NCBI RefSeq assembly: GCF_009834535.1
Contig: NC_045697.1
Location: 31,312,001 to 31,376,000 of the forward strand
DNA from: Camelus ferus
Lineage: Eukaryota
Direction of reading: 5' to 3'
DNA length: 64,000 bases
The notes under the pieces were generated by a model. That model ran no database searches and was not told the origin of the DNA. It saw only the letters and a program-made list of their open reading frames with translations. The number at the start of each line of letters is the position of its first letter. Position 1 is the first letter of the stretch. Shown in pieces: positions 1 to 13,758 of the stretch. A program made the translations under genes and the position numbers.

Positions 1-130
1 TCCATTAACAAATGTATATTTGAGCGTCTGTTTTGTTTCAGACCTTATGACAGGCATCTTTAGACGCAGCAAAACACAAGATTGATACAGTTGTAGTTCC
101 TCTGGAAACAAAAACATCCTTGAGAGAGCA
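1..130 (-). mobile_element. L2 LINE 3'-end fragment (old)
   Basis: 'cattaacaaatgtatatttgagcgtctg' resembles the reverse complement of the L2 3' terminus. Confidence 0.45.
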
Positions 131-269
131 GTTTCACTAAGGAGCTGGGAGCTAAAAGAATGTAATTAGTCTCACAAACAAGGCTCTAGACTAGAGAGGT
201 CACATGTCTTTACCGGCTTCTGTCATTTGAATTCTGCTACTTTTTCCCCCTTTATGGGTGATGCCAGGC

Positions 270-400
270 AGTGTTTACTGATTTTACAAATGAAGTCAGC
301 ACTGAGAAATTAAGGGTCTTGCCAAATTCACAAAGTGAGGTAGTGACAAAGCTAGGAAAAGAATCTGATTCTCTTTTCTGTTGTGTTTTCACTGTGCAAA
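270..400 (-). mobile_element. MIR SINE fragment
   Basis: 'attttacaaatgaag..cactgagaaattaagggtcttgccaaattcacaaag' resembles the MIR core in reverse orientation. Confidence 0.55.
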
Positions 401-1929
401 TCTGCATATTTATTAGAATTTGAAGCAATTGCAGAACTTAGAGGTTTAACATTTCATATCAGGATATCATCATTATTTTGTTATTTTGGTTACAAATGAA
501 ACGTAAGAAAATAACATCCCTTCATGGTGCTGGGCACTGAGATTTAAGGGTGAGCAGGACAGAGCAGGCCCTGCGTTCACAGACAATACAGCAAAGTAGG
601 GGAGAAAAAAAAACAATTCACAAGAGAAAAAAGAAAGTCTTCTGAGACCTCTGGAGAAAAAAATATGGATTAATATTTGTACTTTATTATCATTTAATCA
701 TTTCATACAGATGTCTGCTAACCCATTCTGACTCTTATTCAGTCAAGCAATTTATAGAAAAATTTTACTTTCTAGAACTGTTGGCACATTAATTTTAAGG
801 TGGTAAATTCACTTACTGATCATTTACCCTGATGTATGTAAGTTCATATAGAATTCTTTGTCCTTATATAACCTTTACATCACGTGAGTTCAGACTAAAT
901 ACAGGCCCTATTTCCCATACCCCACACTTTCATTGTTCCAGAATAACATAACTTTGCATTTCAGTGAATCAATAATATAATATAGTGTAATATAATACAG
1001 TTGTAATAAAATCTTTACATATATTATAATCTAAATTTATGTATTATATTTTTATAATATATATATTACATAGTATGATTAATCATAAAATAATTAATCA
1101 TAAGCCTAGGTTTTTAATCCATGCATGCAAACACTACCTGTCCTCTGCTTACCAGTAACTTGCTGGGTAATTCAAAGGAATCACAAAGATTAAGTTTCAG
1201 GCTTTATTCTGGAAGAGCTCCCAACCTCAAGAATAGCAGGATGGGAGGACTTCCATAAAAATGCATTTCCCAGAGAAGTGAAATCTACTCTACAGGGGAT
1301 CAAATTAACACAAGCAAAAGAAGATTATTCAGGAGATCTGTTTCTCAAAGGCACGGCTTCTCCCTGAGACTGTCCTGAGTGTCTTAATCATATACGGCTG
1401 TCTCAGGGTCGTTCTGTTCCACACCACCCAGGACACATGGTATAAAGCTCTGTACGGGGGCTTAAGAGGCAACCAAAGTATAGAAGTTGCTTGTACCATC
1501 CGCAAATAATTTCAGTCTGTTAGATCTTTAGTTTTTTCCTCTTTTCTGCAGCTGTCTATCTATTCAGTCTTCTTTGATTCTATAAAATAGAAAATAAACA
1601 CACACACAAAAGAAATGACGTACCCAAATCAAGTGCCTTAATGGCTATGCTAGAGTTAAATTCCAGTTCTGCCCTGTTTTTGTTGTATAAGTCTAATTAT
1701 GTATTTCATGTATTGCTATTGGACTTCTGTAGAGAATTTCTTCACTTGGTAAGAATGTTTATCTACTCACCATGGTGGTGTACTGTTTGAAGGATTTATT
1801 GGTAAGGTTCACCAAGAGTTAATAAGTATTTAAAGGCAGTCTAGGTAGAGGGTCTCCCAGCTCAAGCCAGTTTCAGGAAGGTCAAATCCCCAGGAAAGGT
1901 AATTCGTCGTTACTGGCTGACACTATTAG

Positions 1930-1948
1930 CAGCCAGAAGGTGGCAGCA
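1930..1948 (+). promoter_or_regulatory. CTCF-like motif
   Basis: CAGCCAGAAGGTGGCAGCA; core CCAGAAGGTGGCAG has one mismatch to CCASYAGRKGGCRS. Motif only. Confidence 0.3.
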
Positions 1949-4329
1949 GGGGTGATGAATGTTGTCACTAACTAACGAGACATAGGCTATTCCCTCAAAT
2001 CCATTTTACCAAGTCAGATCCTTACTGACTTCAGACCACGATCTGTTCCAGTGGCAGCAGCACTACTTTCTCTGGCTAGATGAAGAGAATAAATTATAAT
2101 ATAAAATACTCAACCTTTGGGACCCAAGCTTCCTGCCTCCCTCTTGGTTCAGTAATTGACTTATAATAAGGACCCTTCCCAGGCTACGGTTGTTGAAGGA
2201 ATAAGTGTGCTATTTCTACAGTAACGTTTTCTACCTGACCATTTATTCTTGGCAGTACATGCTAACATATATTATTACCTTGTGCATGATAAATAATTCA
2301 TACGATGTCTCGTATTATTCAGGATTTTTCTGTGAGAAACTGACACCACTCCATTCACTGAAATCTTAATAATTATTGCTCTTAATACACTTAGATCATC
2401 ATAATCAGGCTAAATTCCTTTTCCCCCAAATTTAGATAGATGGAGAAACACAATAAGTATTTTAAGAAGTATTATATTCTTGAATTTCTTGCTTAATACA
2501 TTATATTATGAAAAATTTGTAAAAGTGGCACAAATATCTGAAAGCCCATAGTGAGAACTGACATGTTATTGGCATTTGTTTAGGATTTTCTTATGATACT
2601 AGTCATTTTAGGAAAGCGGAGAGAGAGATAAGTCTATAACTAGAATGAGGGCAAAGGTTTATAGATTGACTTGATACATTTTGGAAGGAGTAGACTAAAT
2701 TGTAGAAACAGAACAGAGGGCAAAAGAATTTAATGACGAAGACCACACTGCTTTGAATATCTCATAATTATATTAAATGTAATAGACCATATTATGATGA
2801 CACTTGAGAGCCTAATTTTGAGCTGCTGAATTAAATAGACATAGGGTGTTCTCCGAAGCTTTCCCCCAACCCCCCACACAATAATTAGATGCCATCAAAA
2901 CACTGCCTTCTTTTTCTTAATAAATCTCTAGTGCAACCCAATTTTCAACAATCTAAAGAGAAACTTTCATTTTCACTCTATAGCTGTAGTAATACAATTA
3001 CTCACTGATTATTCTGGCAAAAGGAATCTCGGATTTCAGAGTAAGAAATGCTTCAAACTTCTAGCATTTTAGGGTTAATTTAGTTTGAAGATTTACAATT
3101 GGGAAGAAGAAATTGTTGGTTTTCTTAAAAAAAATTGTCTCTGTTATAGATACATTGACACCAAAAATAAATAATTAAGGTATTCCATAAGTATTTACTC
3201 AGTGCCAACTCTGGTCTGATACTGCGAATTCAGAAGTGAACAAACAGCTAACAATTCCTGCCTGTTTGGAGCTTCCATTTCAGTGGACTCTCTTGTTTAC
3301 ACTGAGATTTAAAGAGCTTTCACTCTCTGTTCCTTTCCATCTACTTAAAGTCCTATAAAGAATAACTGGGCAGCCATTATTAGTAACAGTTTCTAAAAAT
3401 TATGAGAACAAAGCTTAGTTAAGTGATTTCCCCCAAATCATGCCAGGTGGCAGAAAACACAGCATTTCTCTCTAATCCTAAATAATTCTAAACACTACAC
3501 TAATTCTGAATAATGCAAACTTTTTTCTTTCTGCTTTAAAGTCTTAGTATGTAATGCTTTTATTTGCAGATTAAAAATAAAAAGTGATACTTGCAAGCAG
3601 GTTATCTAGTGAGCGATTCTCCTATTTGTATTAAGTGTGGACTGTAGCTCCGAAATGACTCACCTAGAATAGGTGATGCGCGACTACTGCCTTTAGATAT
3701 AAGGTGGTGATTCTTGCCCACGAATGACCGGGACTCATTCTACTAATAAACATAATTAGGAGGCTCTGTCTGGGCCCCTCACACTCCATACGTGTCCATA
3801 TGAATGTAGCAGGTTGTGATGGACTGAGTATCAACTGACTGAAATACGAGTCCAAAGATGAGTCATAGTTTTCCCTGCCCTCAGAGACGTCAGTAATAGA
3901 AAAGATTTTGTAACTATTAATTGCAACAACACAATTTGTGACTGTTTACTAACAAATATTTATTGAGAGCAGAGACTCCATAAGTCTGTGGTTGCTTTCT
4001 TAGTGTCTTAAGGCATGCTTGAGACAATAGTTGCTTGGTAATTATTTATTAAATAGGCAACGAATGCAACACAGGCTATAATAGAGGTCTGCACAGGGTT
4101 TATTCAGTTGGGCTTCGAATTGTTTGGAAACTCAGGCAACAAAGGAAAAGCTTTGACTGAGACTGTAACAATTGTTAGGAATTTACCAGGTATGTGATGT
4201 ATGAGAGCAGGGAGAGAATATTCAATTTGCAAAAAAGGTAGATATGAAATAGCATTTTGTGGTGTGTTGATATGGCAAGGGTAAAGTTCTTGTGTGGATC
4301 AGTGGATAGAAAAAGATTTTCAAAAGGCT

Positions 4330-5110
4330 TGTCTGTATTATAGCACCTCATCTCCTGCTATCATTCTGAAGTTCATCCTTCAGAAATCTCATTCGTGAGG
4401 TCTGTTGGTGGTAAATTTTCTTTGTTTCTATTGCTATTGTTAATAAAGGCCTGCTTCAACCTCGTTTTTGAATGATCACCCATCCATATATAAAATTTCA
4501 AAATATCAGCTGATTTCTGTAATTATTTGGATATTATTCTATTGTCTCCTGGCCTTCATTGCTATTATTGAGAAATCCGTGTCAGGCTCAATTGTGCTCC
4601 TTGTAAGGTAATATGACTTTTCTCTGATAATCCCAAATATATTTTCCACCTTTGTAATATTCTCTTTAGCTAGATTTCCAATACATGGATGATGACATTT
4701 CTATCTCAGATTTCCACCTCCTTTTATTTTTATGTGTGTTCTTCCTCTATATATTCATTTCTGATTCCTTCTGATCTTCAGTTTACCAGTTTGTTCTTCG
4801 ACTCTACTTGGCTCTTCACTACACACAGTGAATTTTTTTATTTAACAGTAATATTTTATCACATTTAATATTTCTGCCTAGTCCTTCTTTAAAACTACTT
4901 ATTCTTTCTTCATATTACTAATAGTCTCCCTTACTCCTTTGAAGTTATTCCTTATGCTTACTCTAGTTTCTTGATTTGTCAGTTTGCTGAATTTCACTTC
5001 TTTTGGTATAGCTGGTTATTTAATTCTTTTCTAGGAACTGAACTCCTCAGATAACTTTTTGTCACTTTTGCTGCAGGATCATTGTCCTTTGGGGAAACTG
5101 GCTAAGTTTC
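4330..5110 (-). mobile_element. Ancient L1 (L1ME-like) fragment
   Basis: T-rich degenerate sequence such as 'ggtctgttggtggtaaattttc' and 'tattctattgtctcctggccttcattgctattattgagaaatc', typical of antisense old L1. Confidence 0.55.
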
Positions 5111-5739
5111 AGTCTTGCTCTTCCTTTGCATCCTATTTTCTTCCATTTACACTAGTCTTCAAATGAGGTAATCTCGCCTCATTTGTATTTTGTCAGTAAG
5201 TGGTGTATGAGGCTTGCCATTGACCCCACATTCTTCACTGCAAACTGGTTTATTTCCCATCTCAGGCAATAAGTCTGAGACAATAAGTCAGAGCCACAGA
5301 TTAGAGGGAGCAGAGCTCCATAAAGAGGCATAGCACATAAACAATACACAGCAGTATGTATTTCTTACTCATACACCTATCAAATAGAACTGACATGCGC
5401 TCCAATGTAGGACACAAACTAGATTGTGGAACTAGCTTCGAAGGGACCACATGTTAAATTATATCTGTGTTAACTGATCATGTAGACTCTTCTCCAAGAG
5501 CAAAACCTGCTCTCTGAAAAGGTACAATGCTATTAGAGACTAGCTTAGCTGGCTTGAGTACGTAACTTATTATCTGAAGTGCTCCAAGCCCACTGAGACA
5601 ATCAGACGCTCTGTAGGGCCTTACCTTGCTCTCTAGATTATACAATAAAAATGATGGAAATACACATCAAAATATTATAACACAGGCTTACATATATTGA
5701 AGCAAAAGTATTTTTAGATGGCACATCACAGCTGCAAAG

Positions 5740-5950
5740 CGTTGTTAATAGTGCAGGCCCTGCTGTCTGAGTTCAAACTCGGCGTCCCCTTTCATTAACT
5801 ATGAGGTAATAGACAAGTTAATTAACATCTTTGACTCTCAATTTTCCCACATGTAAAACAGAGGCAGAGTTTTATGAATGTAGCAAGATAATACATAACA
5901 GGTGCTCAGAATGGTGCCTGACTCCTAGTAAATTCTCAATTAATGTAAGT
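5740..5950 (+). mobile_element. MIR SINE
   Basis: 'ctgagttcaaactcgg..gacaagttaattaacatctttgactctcaattttcccacatgtaaaac..gtgcctgactcctagtaaattctcaattaatg'. Confidence 0.7.
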
Positions 5951-8068
5951 TGGTGGGAGAGCCACATACAGGGCTTTTAGCAGTACATTTTTCTTCTCTT
6001 TCCTAAAAGTGATTTTAACTAGTGAGTATATAGATAGATGAAGTTTTAGAAGATTTGGAAACTATATAATTATAGAGCTTTAGAGCTTAAGAGCAATATA
6101 CATTTTATCAGATCTAATCAAATATTTTGTATATAGGAAACTGAAATAATAAAGTGACACCATCAGATCTTACACTAGAACCAATTTTTTATTAAGTGAA
6201 CTCCCTACTCTCTAAGATGCTGGTAACCATAAGCATTTGATAAAGGAATGTGAGAAAAGATTTGGAAAAATTAGACGTGATACTTTCTAAACGTGAGTGT
6301 GGCAAGAAGTAAGCTCTGCTTCTCCATCTCAATCCTCCATTTAGGTTTTGACCTAAAAATAACTTTGTTCAGTTTTCTACATTCATCAGATTGGGGCCAA
6401 AAGGTACATAAAACAGAACCAGTTAAAAAAAATTCAGTTGCAACTTTTTGTACACCTGATTCTATGCCTGTGAAAATGCAAAGGATGAGACTTACAGAGA
6501 ACAGAATCTGATTAAGGAGACAGATTTATTTAGCAAGAGAAAAAAAAAATGATCCTAAACAAGATGATGAGATTTCAAAACGCCTGAAGCTTAGCAGTGC
6601 TCAATTTACATGTTTGGGATGGCTAGATTATAAAAGAAAGAGGAATGGAGCTTTCCAAGGATTAATACTTAATTTTTAGGACTTCATGCAAGCTGCTTTA
6701 ATTAACATGGAGGGGCATGTAGTTTAAGGTTTGAGGTATGACCTTTTTCCGTCCTCTGAGAATTCCATGGCTCCTACTCATGTTTTACTCAGAAACTTCC
6801 CAGCAGTTTTCCCTAACTTTGGAGCTCTGCATTATTCATGATGGAGCTCTTTCTGTTATGGAGGAAAATAGGACCTTTTAGATGTCAGGTCTCCCAGTCT
6901 AACACTTCCTCCATCTACAACATGATGGGGCTCATTAAAGCAGAAAAATATTGGAAAAATAAATCCTTTTATATTGGATGGTATTTAGGTAGTTGGCTCA
7001 GGAAAGAGGATGCATGTGTTTTCCAAATGCTACTGTTTTCCCAAGGATGGAAATGAAACGGATGTTTCCCCACCACCACCTACTGCTGCTTTGATAATAT
7101 TCTCCGATGCACCAGATGGTGGAAAACCAAGTTGCTCTTCCACAGCTCTTTTGGTTGAACAGTTATTTATGGGCCAATGGGACCCATTTATTCACCTTTA
7201 TTACAGCCTTTCATCCTTACAGACAATAAATCCAAATAACATGATCCTGGTAAGTCGATAAAATTTACACAACTGATGAGCTGAAGTGTATGGGGGTATT
7301 TATTAGACTTGCTGTTCACCCAGCAGTTCATTACTTTCTCCAACGAGCAGAGGAAAACAGAAGCTTTATTGCAAGGCGAATCATGTCTGGTGCCTTAATA
7401 ATAGTACTTGTGTAAACAGCAAGGGATACCTGCTAAAGAAAATCAAACTCAATATGTTCAAGCACTCATATGAGGGACTGTTTTCTGCCACTTTATTGAA
7501 CTTTTTTTTTGATATGTCATTACAATGACATTTATCTATAATGTGTTGTTTAAACTTGTTCTGTTTATGACAGTCCATACTTCTACTACTACTAATGTGT
7601 ATGTGCATTTATTGACAAGTATTTTCCTGCAGACTTTTGCTATTCCCAGTTGTTCATCAGCTCATCTGTATATTACCCTGCTCTTTGCCAACCTCTGAAC
7701 AGCATCCATGAAGAGAGCTATTCCTCAAACTTGAGTTGTTCCTCACTTCTTAGTAACCCAGCAAGCCCTAAAGGGACCTGTATTCATTTATATCTTGCTG
7801 GACAAACAGACTCATAAAGTCTTCATTTTCAGTTTCAAAGTACAAGCTTGCAGTGAAAATGTGAAGCTGAAATTCTTATTCTAAATTTCTTCCCCCTTTT
7901 TTCACCCCACACTCATTTACAGCTAAGCATAATTTGGGTCACAGGGAATTTCACATAAAAATTTTACACAAAAGTGTTTTCTTTTTAATGTGTGATGATG
8001 ATGCCTTATGTTGGCCTCAGGGTTTAGAACACTGCTTTTCAGACAGTGTGTGTGTGAATGACAGATCA

Positions 8069-8185
8069 CTAAAAATACATGCACCCCGATGTTCATAGCA
8101 GCTCTATCTACAATAGCCAAGATTCAGAAGCAACCTAAGTGTCCATCAACACATGAATGGATGAAGAGGATATGATATATATATA

Positions 8186-8246
<61 letters not shown>

Positions 8247-8590
8247 GGAATACTATTTAGCCATTAAAAAGGATGGACTTTTGCCATTTGCAGCAACATA
8301 GGTGGACTTGGAGGGCATTATTCTAAGTGAAATAATTCAGACAAAGAAAAATACTGTATATCACTTATATGTGGAATCTGAAAAATACAGCAAAAAAGAA
8401 GTTTCACAGATACAGAGAACAAACTAGTGATTACCAGTGGCAGGGGGCATTATAGAAGGAGGAGAATGGGAGTCACAAATGATCAGGTGTAACAGGCTCG
8501 ATATATTGTAGAACATGGGGCATATAGTCAATATTTTGTAATAACTGTAAATGGAAAGTTACCTTAAAATTGTACAAAAAATTTAAAATA
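8069..8590 (+). mobile_element. 5'-truncated L1 (ORF2 end + 3' UTR), apparently inserted into a MER5-like element
   Basis: 'atacatgcaccccgatgttcatagcagc..caacctaagtgtccatc..atggaatactatttagccatt..ctaagtgaaataattcagac' followed by an A-rich tail; MER5-like sequence on both sides (~8027-8068 and ~8597-8700). Confidence 0.85.
8187..8244. repeat. (TA)29 microsatellite inside L1
   Basis: Uninterrupted TA run read directly. Confidence 0.95.
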
Positions 8591-8886
8591 TTTTTTTTTA
8601 AAATGCAGATATCATTTCAAGTCTCTAGTGGGGCCAGAGATTCTACAGTTCTAGCCAAGATTTGATACTGCCTGTCTTGGAACACTCATGAGTGGCAAAT
8701 TTTAGAATTTATAATGTGTTGTCACATAATTCAACTCATTAGATAATTGCAAAATATCACGATGGAGAAATCTGCAACTTTTATGATTTGCCTAGAGTTA
8801 AACCATGAATAAAAATTCAGATCAGGACACTGATTCAGATTCATTGACACTATAGTCTTCCCACCACAAACTATGTTGTTGCAGAT

Positions 8887-9025
8887 GAGTGGTTCTCAAT
8901 TCCCATTGGTTACCAGATTCACCTGGGAGATGCTGACTCATTGTGTCTGGGGTGGATCTGGGCATCGGTATTCTTTAAAAGAACTGGAAGATTTTTCTAA
9001 TATTCAGCCAGATTAGGAACCACTG
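8887..9025. mobile_element. MER5-type hAT-Charlie DNA transposon relic
   Basis: Terminal inverted repeats 'agtggttc' ... 'gaaccact'. Confidence 0.65.
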
Positions 9026-9043
9026 TTAAAGACAAACGCTGGG

Positions 9044-9788
9044 GCCATTATGGAAAAAAGTATGGAGATTCCTTAACAAAACTGAAAATAAACTTACCCT
9101 TTGATCCAGCAATCCCACTTCTGGACATATATCCAGAGAAAACTCTATTTCAAAAAGATACATGCACCCCAGTGTTCTTAGCAGCACTGTTTACAATAGC
9201 CAAGACATGGAAGCAACCCAAATGTCCATCGACAGATGACTGGGTAAAGAAGTTGTGGTATATTTACATAATGGAATATTAATCAACCATAAAAAAGAAT
9301 AAAATAATGCCATTTGCAGCAAAGTGGATGGACCTGAAGATTGTCATATTAAGTGAAGTAGGCCAGCAAGAGAAAGAAAAATAACGTATGGTATCACTTA
9401 CATGTGAAATCTAAAAAAGTGACACAAATGAAATTATTTACAAAAAAGAAATAGAGTCACAGACATAGAAAACAATTTATGGGTATGGGGTGGGGAAGGG
9501 GAGGTTGGAGGGATAAATTGGGAGTTCAGGATTAGCAGATACTAACTACTATAAATAAAACAGATAAACAACAAGGTCATACTGTATAGCACAGGGAACT
9601 ATATTTAACACCCTGTAGTAGCCTATAATGAAAAAGAATATGAAAAGGAATATGTGTGTGTGTGTGTATGTGTGTATGTATGTAACTGAATCACTATGCT
9701 GGACACCAGAAATTAACACAACATTATAAACTGACTATACTTGAACAGAAAACAAACAAACAAAAATAAAAACAAAAAAGAAAACAGA
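9044..9788 (+). mobile_element. 5'-truncated lineage-specific L1 (ORF2 C-terminus + 3' UTR + A-rich tail)
   Basis: 'gatccagcaatcccacttctggacatatatccaga..gccaagacatggaagcaacccaaatgtccatcgacagatga..ctgtatagcacagggaactatatt..aaactgactatactt'; degenerate TSD aaagacaaacgctggg (9028-9043) vs aaggataaaggctggg (9789-9804), 13/16 match. Confidence 0.92.
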
Positions 9789-9844
9789 AAGGATAAAGGC
9801 TGGGAATAAAATATGTATTTATCCAAATCTAACTGTGGATGGGA

Positions 9845-10025
9845 CCAGCGGCTGTCAAACTTTAGAAGCGTCAGCATCTGGTGGAGGGCTTGTAAAACCA
9901 CAGCTTGCAGGGCCCTGTCCTTGACAGTTTCTCCCAGTGCTGGGCAGGTGCCAGGAATGTGCATTTCCAAAGAATTCCCCATTGCTGCTGATGTTGTTAG
10001 TGCAGAGACCACACTCAGGACCAGG
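9845..10025. mobile_element. MER5A-like DNA transposon relic
   Basis: 'cagcggctgtcaaactttag..gagggcttgtaaaaccacag..ggaatgtgcatttcc..gctgctgatg..gaccacactc'. Confidence 0.7.
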
Positions 10026-10724
10026 AGGTCCTGCTGAAGATCGGATGATGACTCACACAGACTTAGAAGTTAACGCATTTGCCTCTATGTTTGATTAGTA
10101 TAGCTCTTAATAGCCAGCCAACGTGATTTATTCAGGCTGGATATTAAAGACTGTACCAATCAAATGTAGAGACTTTCTAATAAATCGTTTTTCAGCAAAA
10201 ATAGCTCGACAAGAAGGATGTTATGAAAAGAAAATATTTGCTGCAGGCAAAGTGTCTGTCAGTGCAACAGTACGAGATTTCATATGGGAAATTTCAAGGA
10301 ACTACACTTTTTTCTCCCCATATATTTAAGGAATTAAATAGGAGAGAAAAAGAAAATTATATGCCTCACAATGACTTCCTCTCTCAAATACTTCATTCCA
10401 GCACTTAAATGATTTCATTATTATCTGCAAGTAGTTAATCTCCTACTAGAGACGCTGGTGATGAAATTCCAAATCACTCAAATTCACAGGGAGCAGTAGA
10501 ATTTTTGTTGCCCTTTTTGCATTCAAGTTATAAAAAATATTATTGTGTCTTGTACAAACATAAAAACTCTTGTTAATTTCTTTTTTTCCCCTAAGAAAAG
10601 GCTTTAAAATGCAAACCACACAGAATGAATCTGATTCATGCAGAAATTCTGGGTCTTGGTCTTTTGTTCTAGATGCAGTGTAAGACACCCAACCACAAAA
10701 ACAAGGAATGGTCCTATACCTGTG

Positions 10725-10857
10725 AGGGGTGTCATTGGCATATACTATATAGAAGCCAGAGATGTTGCAAAACATCCTAAAATGACCACCACAGCCTCCG
10801 GTAACAAAGGATTATATGAACCAAAATACAGCAGTGCCAGTGTTAAGAAAACCTGCC
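10725..10857 (+). mobile_element. MER20-like DNA transposon fragment
   Basis: 'gaagccagagatgttgcaaaacatcctaaaatg..aacaaaggattatatgaaccaaaatacagcagtgcc..aagaaaacctg' matches the MER20 3' half as I recall it. Confidence 0.65.
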
Positions 10858-11160
10858 TTAATTCAATATTATAATTTCTAATCTCTGTGCCTTTGTACAT
10901 GCTGTTCTCTCTGCATAAGTTGCTCTCCCCCTAATGTCTATACAATTTCTACTAGTTCCTCCAGGTTCATTCTTTGCATCACCTCCTCTAATATTATTGA
11001 CCAATCTTCATCCCCAATTACACTTGACAGTTTATTTTACTCCAATCACATTATTTCCTTTCCCCAAATCATTCACTGACTCTCTGTTGTGTCCATTGCC
11101 AGTATTCCTTACCTGTATTAAACGTCCTGGAAAATATGACAATAAACTACATTAAAGGCC

Positions 11161-11625
11161 TTCCATATATAAGTGATATCATGTGGTATTTTTCTTTCTC
11201 TTTCTGATTTCCTTCACTTAGAATGATGATCTCCAGGTCCATCCACGATCCTGCAATGGTATTATTTTATTCTTCTTTATGACTGAGCAGTATTCTATTG
11301 TATAAATATGCCATGACTTATTTACAAAACAGAAACAGACTCACAGATATAGAATACAAACTTATGGTTACCACAGAGGGGAAAAAGGGTGGGAAGGTAT
11401 AAATTGGGAGTTTGAGATTTGCAGATACTATTATATGTAGACTAGGTAGACAAACAAGTTTCTACTGTACAGCACAGGGAACTACATTCAATGTCTTGTA
11501 GTGGCCTATAAGGAAAAAGAGCGTGAAAAGGAATATATGTATGTGTATGTATGACTGAAACATGTGCTGTGTACTAGAAATTGACACATGGTAAACTGAC
11601 TATACTTCAATTAAAAAAAAAAAAA
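11161..11625 (+). mobile_element. 5'-inverted (twin-primed) L1
   Basis: 11161-11313 is the antisense ORF2 end and 11313-11625 is the sense 3' UTR with poly(A); both parts align to the L1 at 9044-9788. Confidence 0.88.
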
Positions 11626-12240
11626 GAAATTCTTAAAAAGTCCCCTAAACCAATGTTTCCTACTTACAGTTGATCATTTATCTAAAATGAATTACTCTAC
11701 CTTTCGACAGCTTATATATCTACATTTTTGATTATTTATTCCTTTTAATTTGTGTACTTCCCTGTCTGTTCATCTCTACCAACTAAACCCTTGCCAAGCT
11801 TTCAAGGATCAGCTTATGCAAATCCCTGATTCTTTGAGGCTAATCCATTTAGCTCTGTCTTTGACTTACCTCCCTTCTGGTCATTGAGTCACTTTTTTTC
11901 TGGTCATTTCTCTTTATTTACTGAAAAGTTTAGCACCAGGGTCAGTGTTTATACTGGTAAAAATATGTCGCTCTAAATTCCCAACACAGTCCTGAAAGAA
12001 ATCTACCTGGATGGCACTTCTACTTGCTTTAAAGTCTCATTTCCAGCAGTGGTAATAATATTTTAAAACAATAATAATCATAAAAAATAATGATGGTACC
12101 ATTATTTGAGTACTTACTATGTTCCAGGCACTGTGATAAGCCCCTTAACATCAGCTGGTTTCTCATCTTCTTTATCCAGTCCCTGAATTTCTCAGAATAT
12201 TGATTTCCACACTACAGATCACATTTTCTTCCATTACATC

Positions 12241-12500
12241 TGTAGTGGCTAGCTCATTGTCCCACTAAATTCACTCTTTACTATTTTCCCCCCAGCTTTA
12301 TGCCCTAGGAGGTGGATCTGGCTTCCATTTGAGTTTGGCTAACAGCAGGCATCAGGAGATCAGAGACGGGAAAGTTGGGGTTCTTATTTCTCTGACTCCC
12401 AGCCTACAGGGTCCCTTTGGGTTGGCTTCTTTTCTCCACTGATGACTGCATTTCCTTTCACTCATCCTTCCAGGTACTTATCTACAGTAATACCACTCCA
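12241..12500 (+). mobile_element. Old ERVL LTR fragment (LTR33-like)
   Basis: Starts 'tgtagtgg'; contains 'ctggcttccatttgagtttggctaacagcaggcatcaggagatcagag..ggggttcttatttc'. Confidence 0.5.
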
Positions 12501-13293
12501 AGAAATTTTCCATTAAGACTTCCAGGCAGTTGATCTTATCAACTAGATCAACATCATTCTACTTCTCAGAGAAGCTTGTTTTTTTTTTTTTTTTTTTAAA
12601 TTTCAGACTAGATGAGGTTTTCCTCTTCCTTTCTGAATAATATTTTGATTATTCATTACAGTTATAAATATTTGCTTAATATCATTTTCCCCATTAAAAT
12701 ATATTTCTGTCATGTTAACTTCTGTTTGATCATAGCACCTGGCACACAGAAATTACTCAAATAATGTTTAGAATGACTATTTGTTTAAAAAGGTGACATA
12801 AAAGATGCATATTATTGTGAAATAGAAATAGAAAGTGGGATAATTTATTTTGGAGTAAAAGAAACCTTTTAGGAAGAACTGAGTTATAAGTAGGAATCTC
12901 CTATATATAATATTTGTTGATCCCTTTGAAGTTGGCTTTTCTACAGATTCTTTTGAATGTGTGACATTTAGTTTTTTCTTACTTCTAAATCTACTTTGTA
13001 GTTTTACTATTAGTGTACTTGGCACTTCACTCAACTTCCCTATACCTCACCACAATTCTGTTAAATTCACTTTGCTGATTTTGGCTCATTTTCCAAGATT
13101 TAAAGTGCTAAATCAGAATAATGCTCACGGAGGTGAATTAAATAGCCCACGCACTAACACTGAAGATGTACTTACTAATCTGCTAAAAAAAAAAACCAAA
13201 CATTTCCATTCGGCACCTTCAAATGTATGGAGTGTTTATTGCTCTTTTATTATCTTTTACTTTCAGTTAAAAATACGCTGTTTGTGTGCAATC

Positions 13294-13758
13294 TGTGTTG
13301 TGCTGAATTGTGTCCCTCCAAAAAGATACATTGAAGTCCTAGCCCCCAGTACCTCAGAATGCTATCTTAGTTGGAAATAGGGTCTTTACAGAGATGATCC
13401 AATTAAAATGAGGTCATTAAAGGAAATCCTAATCCAATATGACTGGGGTCTTTATAAAAAGGGAAAATTTGGACACAGAGACAGATATTCACAGAGGGAA
13501 AATGATGTGAAGTCACAGGGGCAAGATGGGCATGTGACTGATGCGACGCATCTATAAACCAACAAATGCCAGAGTTGGCCAGCAAATGCCAGGCACTACA
13601 AGAGTCACAGAAGGATTCTCCGATAGGGCCATGAGAGCTTGGTCCTGATGGTAGCCTGATTTCTCACTACTAGCTTCCAGGACTGTGAGGCAATACATTT
13701 TTATTTTTTAAGTTGCCTGGTTTTTGATACTTTATTATGGCCACCCTAATAAACTACA
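13294..13758 (+). mobile_element. MaLR solo LTR (MLT1B/C-like)
   Basis: 'tgtgttgtgctgaattgtgtccctccaaaaagatacattgaagtcctagcccccagtacctcagaatg..ttattatggccaccctaataaactaca'. Confidence 0.85.
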
